From Trueperaceae bacterium (lineage in GTDB: Bacteria > Deinococcota > Deinococci > Deinococcales > Trueperaceae), in contig CBDCDZ010000004.1 of the NCBI GenBank assembly GCA_965215565.1, positions 4,329,474-4,393,473 of the forward strand: 64,000 bases of DNA, given 5' to 3'. Under the pieces are notes generated by a model that saw only the letters and a program-made list of their open reading frames with translations, did not search any database and was not told the origin of the DNA. A program made the translations under genes and the position numbers. Positions 60,366-64,000 of the stretch are shown here, piece by piece (the stretch's first letter is position 1; each line of letters begins with the position of its first letter).

Positions 60366-61564
60366 ACCTTCTCCGACAAATCTTCGCCGATGATGCCGCT
60401 AGGACGCACGAGCAAAACGATGATAAGGAGCGCGAAGGCGAGCGAATCGCGGTACTGCGTGATGCCGGGAAAGAGCGCCGTGAAGAAGTTCTCCATAAAA
60501 CCTAGTAGGAGCCCGCCTAAAACCGCCCCTGGCAAGCTGCCGATGCCGCCGATCACCGCCGCCGCAAACGCCTTGATGCCCGGCAAAATACCCAGAATCG
60601 CGGGCTGCGAGAGGACCTGATAGCTCATCCCCCAGAGTACGCCCGCCGCCGCTGCCAACATCGAGCCGAGCAAGAAGGTGATGGCGATAACGCGGTTCAC
60701 GTTGACGCCCATCATCTGCGCGACTTCGGGGTCTTGCGAGGTCGCGCGCATCGCCTTGCCGAGGCGCGTGCGCGAGATAAAGAGCGTCAGGGCAATCACG
60801 AGCACGAGCGTGACAATGACGACCAAAAAGATAGCCCTCGAGGTAAAGACCGTCCCCCCAAAAATCTCGAAGCTGACGTTGTTCGTCCAAATCGTATCTG
60901 GGCGATACGGCGTCACGTTACGCGTAAACGCCAACACGCCGAAGTTTTGCAAGAAGAACGACATGGCGATGGCGGTAATCAGCAGCGAAATGCGCGGCGC
61001 ACCGCGGAGCGGTCTATAGGCGATGCGGTCTAAGGCGATACCGACGACGCCCGTAATCAACATGCTCGCCACGAGCGCCGCGATCCAGTTGAGGTTGGTG
61101 CTGCTATAGAGGAGCGTGAAGCCGACGAGCCCGAGCGCCCCGCCCGCGTAGACAATTGGGTCTCGCAGGGTGCCGCGCCACAAGCTCAGGGCGTACATAA
61201 AACCTACCGCCGTAAGCGCCCCCGCAACGACCGCCCACGGCAAGCTGTAAGGCGTGTTCGCGAAAACGAAGTACGACACGAACGCCCCCACCATGAAGAC
61301 CTCGCCGTGCGCGAAGTTGATGAGGCGGATGATGCCGTAGACCATCGTGTAGCCGAGCGCGATGAGCGCGTAGAGGCTGCCGAGCTGCAAAGACTGCATA
61401 AACGCGCCCACGAAGAACGAAGGTTGATAGTTTTGCGCGGTGACAAGATAGATTAAGCGCCACGCGATAAGCGCGAGCACTGCCGCGCCAAAGATATAGG
61501 GGAGATACGCACTAAAAGAGGGCGTATTTTTTGATTTAGCCTGTGGTTGAGCCAACAGTGTCAC
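60362..61564 (-). CDS. livH: Branched-chain amino acid ABC permease
   Basis: YALIALGYTMVYG, INFAHGE, KAFAAAVIGGIG. Confidence 0.9.
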   Translation of the reverse strand: MTLLAQPQAKSKNTPSFSAYLPYIFGAAVLALIAWRLIYLVTAQNYQPSFFVGAFMQSLQLGSLYALIALGYTMVYGIIRLINFAHGEVFMVGAFVSYFVFANTPYSLPWAVVAGALTAVGFMYALSLWRGTLRDPIVYAGGALGLVGFTLLYSSTNLNWIAALVASMLITGVVGIALDRIAYRPLRGAPRISLLITAIAMSFFLQNFGVLAFTRNVTPYRPDTIWTNNVSFEIFGGTVFTSRAIFLVVIVTLVLVIALTLFISRTRLGKAMRATSQDPEVAQMMGVNVNRVIAITFLLGSMLAAAAGVLWGMSYQVLSQPAILGILPGIKAFAAAVIGGIGSLPGAVLGGLLLGFMENFFTALFPGITQYRDSLAFALLIIVLLVRPSGIIGEDLSEKV

Positions 61565-61737
61565 CTCGAGACGAAATACGTAGCGCTATGCGTGTTGAAT
61601 GGTGTATCTTCATTTGCGGAATACCTCGTATAGACTGTAGTTTACCCTATTATTTCCAAACTGGACAAAGATTTCTCAGGTAAAAATAGGCAGAGAAAAG
61701 GGGCGGCAAGACCGCCCCTCCGTAGGAAACGTGTGCG

Positions 61738-62934
61738 TCAGTTGCCGCCCGTTTCGCCGCCGGTCATATCGCCAGTCATGCCGCCGGTCGCGTCGCCCTG
61801 ACCGGTGCTCACATTGAAGAGCGGTTCGCCGGGGTAGGTGGCGTTTTCATAGGTGAAAAAGCCCATGACGCGGTCAGCAGGGGTGCCGTCGGTGCCCTCA
61901 TAGGTGATGCTGCCCGTTACACCGGGGAAGTCCGAAAGACTCTGAAGCGCGTCGCGCACCGCTTCGGCGTCTACCTCACCCGCTTGGGTCATCGCTTCAA
62001 CTAAGACGTTATAGGAGTCCGCGCCCGCTAGCGTAAAGCCGTTAAAGGTGCCGTCGGGCTGCGACTCGCCGAAGAAGCTCTGGAACTCCGCGGCGCGCTC
62101 GGCAGCGTCACCCGTAAGCTGCTCGGGGATAGCGAAGGCTGTAAAGGTCCAGCCGTTGATGGCTTCGCCTGCGCCGTCCACGCATTGTGGGTCATCCGAG
62201 GCGTCTGCGCCGATGAGGGGCGTGTCGGTAAAGCCCTGCTGACGGAGTTGCACGACGAAGGGTGCGGCTTCCGAGCAGAAGATGGGCGCGTAGATGGCGT
62301 CAGGGTTGAACTGGCGGATTTCATTGATCTGCGAGGCGAAGTCCACCTGGTTGGCGACGACGTCGACGACGAGCGTCTCGCCGCCCATCTCCTCGAAGTT
62401 GTCCTGGAAAAAGCCCGCTAAGCCGAAGCTGTAGTCGTCGTCTTGCTGGCGCACGATGGCGACGCGCTGAGCCCCGACCTCGTCGGAGGCGTAACCCGCA
62501 GCGACCTCACCCTGGAATTCGTCATTGTACGCCATGCGGAAGATGTAGTCGCCGATCTGCGTGGTGGCGTTGTTCGTTGAACTCGGCGTGATCTGCACGA
62601 TGCCCGCCTCTTGCAGCACTTCGGCGGCAGGAATCGCTTGGCTCGAGCCCCCCGTACCGATGACCGCCACGACGCCCTCGTCCACGAAGCGGTTGGCGCA
62701 CGCGATCGAGCCCTCGGGTGTGGACTGGTTGTCACAGACCGAGAGTTCGACGGGGCGTCCTAACACCTCGGACTGCTGCTCTAAGGCCGCGCGCACACCC
62801 TCTAATTCCGGCGTGCCGAGCGCCACGAGGCGACCTGAGAGTTCTAAGTTGACGCCGACGGTGATCGGACCGTCATCCTGGGCGAACGCCGCACCAAACG
62901 TCACTAAAACGATTAAGGCTAAAAGTTTCTTCAT
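61738..62934 (-). CDS. livK: Branched-chain amino acid ABC substrate-binding protein
   Basis: Signal peptide; ELSG, YIFRM..D.FQG. Confidence 0.8.
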   Translation of the reverse strand: MKKLLALIVLVTFGAAFAQDDGPITVGVNLELSGRLVALGTPELEGVRAALEQQSEVLGRPVELSVCDNQSTPEGSIACANRFVDEGVVAVIGTGGSSQAIPAAEVLQEAGIVQITPSSTNNATTQIGDYIFRMAYNDEFQGEVAAGYASDEVGAQRVAIVRQQDDDYSFGLAGFFQDNFEEMGGETLVVDVVANQVDFASQINEIRQFNPDAIYAPIFCSEAAPFVVQLRQQGFTDTPLIGADASDDPQCVDGAGEAINGWTFTAFAIPEQLTGDAAERAAEFQSFFGESQPDGTFNGFTLAGADSYNVLVEAMTQAGEVDAEAVRDALQSLSDFPGVTGSITYEGTDGTPADRVMGFFTYENATYPGEPLFNVSTGQGDATGGMTGDMTGGETGGN

Positions 62935-63456
62935 CGCTTCCTCCTTGAATTTGACTGTGAAAAAATCCACGTGTACGAGCTATTTTAACTGTGACGTGAA
63001 ACCACTGTCAATGAGAGGGGGGTTCATTAAGGTGTTGATAAAATTCAGCTTAGGCGAATTTGAGTGACGAAGTAGACGGGTGGGTGGAGCTTTACGCACC
63101 CACAGTTACTAACTTTTGCCTTCTATTCCATCAATCCTTTTCCGAATTCAGATACGGCATTACTCGTACTTTTCTAAAGGTTGCCATTCCATCAAATTTT
63201 CATGAGCTTGCGATGAAAAAGTGCTAAAAAAGCAACCTTTTGACCCTTTTTTGGCAACCTTTTGGCAACCTTCGTTCTTTAGAGTGAGAACAGGCCGGGT
63301 AGAAAATCCTGGCATAGGAGAAAAGAGAAAAAGATGAAATAGAAACCCCAACTGCTTTTACCATCAGCCTCTTGAGCTTCAACGTCTTCAACCTTGGCTA
63401 CAAAGTTCATATACCAAGTTTTTTGAAGATCGATGAGAAGTTCAAGCAAGATAGCT

Positions 63457-64000
63457 AGGCTCTGTTGAAATTCTTCAGTACTAGTTGTTAGAAAAGGGCA
63501 TGAGCGACGTAAGAATCAAGGCTAAGCAGTGGACTAAAATCAAGGCATTCTTAGATGAGAACCCGCAGGTGTATGTAGGACAGGAGAAGCAGTGCCGTAA
63601 ATTTGTTGAAGGGGTACTGTGGATGTTGCGTTCGGGTGCACAGTGGCGACTTCTCCCCCCGAGGTATGGCAATTGGAACAGTGTGTATAAGCGTTTTGAC
63701 AGATGGAGTGAACGAGGCATCTGGAAGGAAATGTTTGAGCACTTTGCTGATGATCCCGATATGGAAAGTGTGATGATGGACGGCAGTGTCGTGCGAGCCC
63801 ATGCGTGTTCGGCAGGTGCGCCCCATAAAAAAGGGGTCAAGAAGAACAACACCTCGGCTATAGTCGCGGCGGGTTCAGTAGCAAGATACACGTCTTAGTC
63901 GATGCTTTAGGCAATCCGTTGCGGCTCTTACTCAGTGCCGGACAAGCGCACGAAGCGCCTTATGCCAAAGCCTTACTCGCAGACTATGAGGTTGAATTTG
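63457..64000 (+). mobile_element. IS5-family insertion sequence (two-ORF type), truncated by window edge
   Basis: Left end near TAGGCTCTGTTG; orfA 63500-63898 (RSGAQWR.LP..YG.W.SVY.RF.RW); -1 frame continues LGYSRGGFSSKIH...DALGNPL. Confidence 0.92.

Noticed and set aside
63100..63450. AT-rich segment with short ORF and GGTTGCCAAAA duplication
   Set aside because: No recognisable product; probably a remnant beside the IS

Overview
GC-rich bacterial chromosomal window, most likely Deinococcota (Truepera/Trueperaceae-like). This is inferred from many leaderless genes with a TANNNT box 5-8 nt before the start codon, the gene content, and frequent CTCGAG. In order: a decayed toxin-antitoxin/immunity cluster with two tandem SplB-family radical SAM genes (1-4.5 kb); pilT; kynB-kynU; a WYL regulator; CRISPR array 1; a complete type I-E cas operon; CRISPR array 2; tRNA-Ala(CGC); housekeeping and transport genes (rsmJ, maltose ABC + malZ, dprA, TetR/SDR pairs, FeS photolyase, cysS, yigZ, liv ABC); an ORFan patch at 39.5-45.1 kb; and an IS5 at the right edge. 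Most notable: (1) array 1 ends in a 1086-nt gene-bearing 'giant spacer' closed by a perfect solitary repeat that is fused to an antitoxin gene; (2) cas3 and the Cascade operon share a GCGTCA-N5-TGACGY-N10-TA-N3-Y promoter with the spacing of PafBC-type WYL activation; (3) a ~112-bp TA-bounded MITE family has 8-9 copies; (4) a gap-free three-way-junction RNA leader lies in the ORFan patch. All calls are by eye from sequence and motif recognition, with no database searches.
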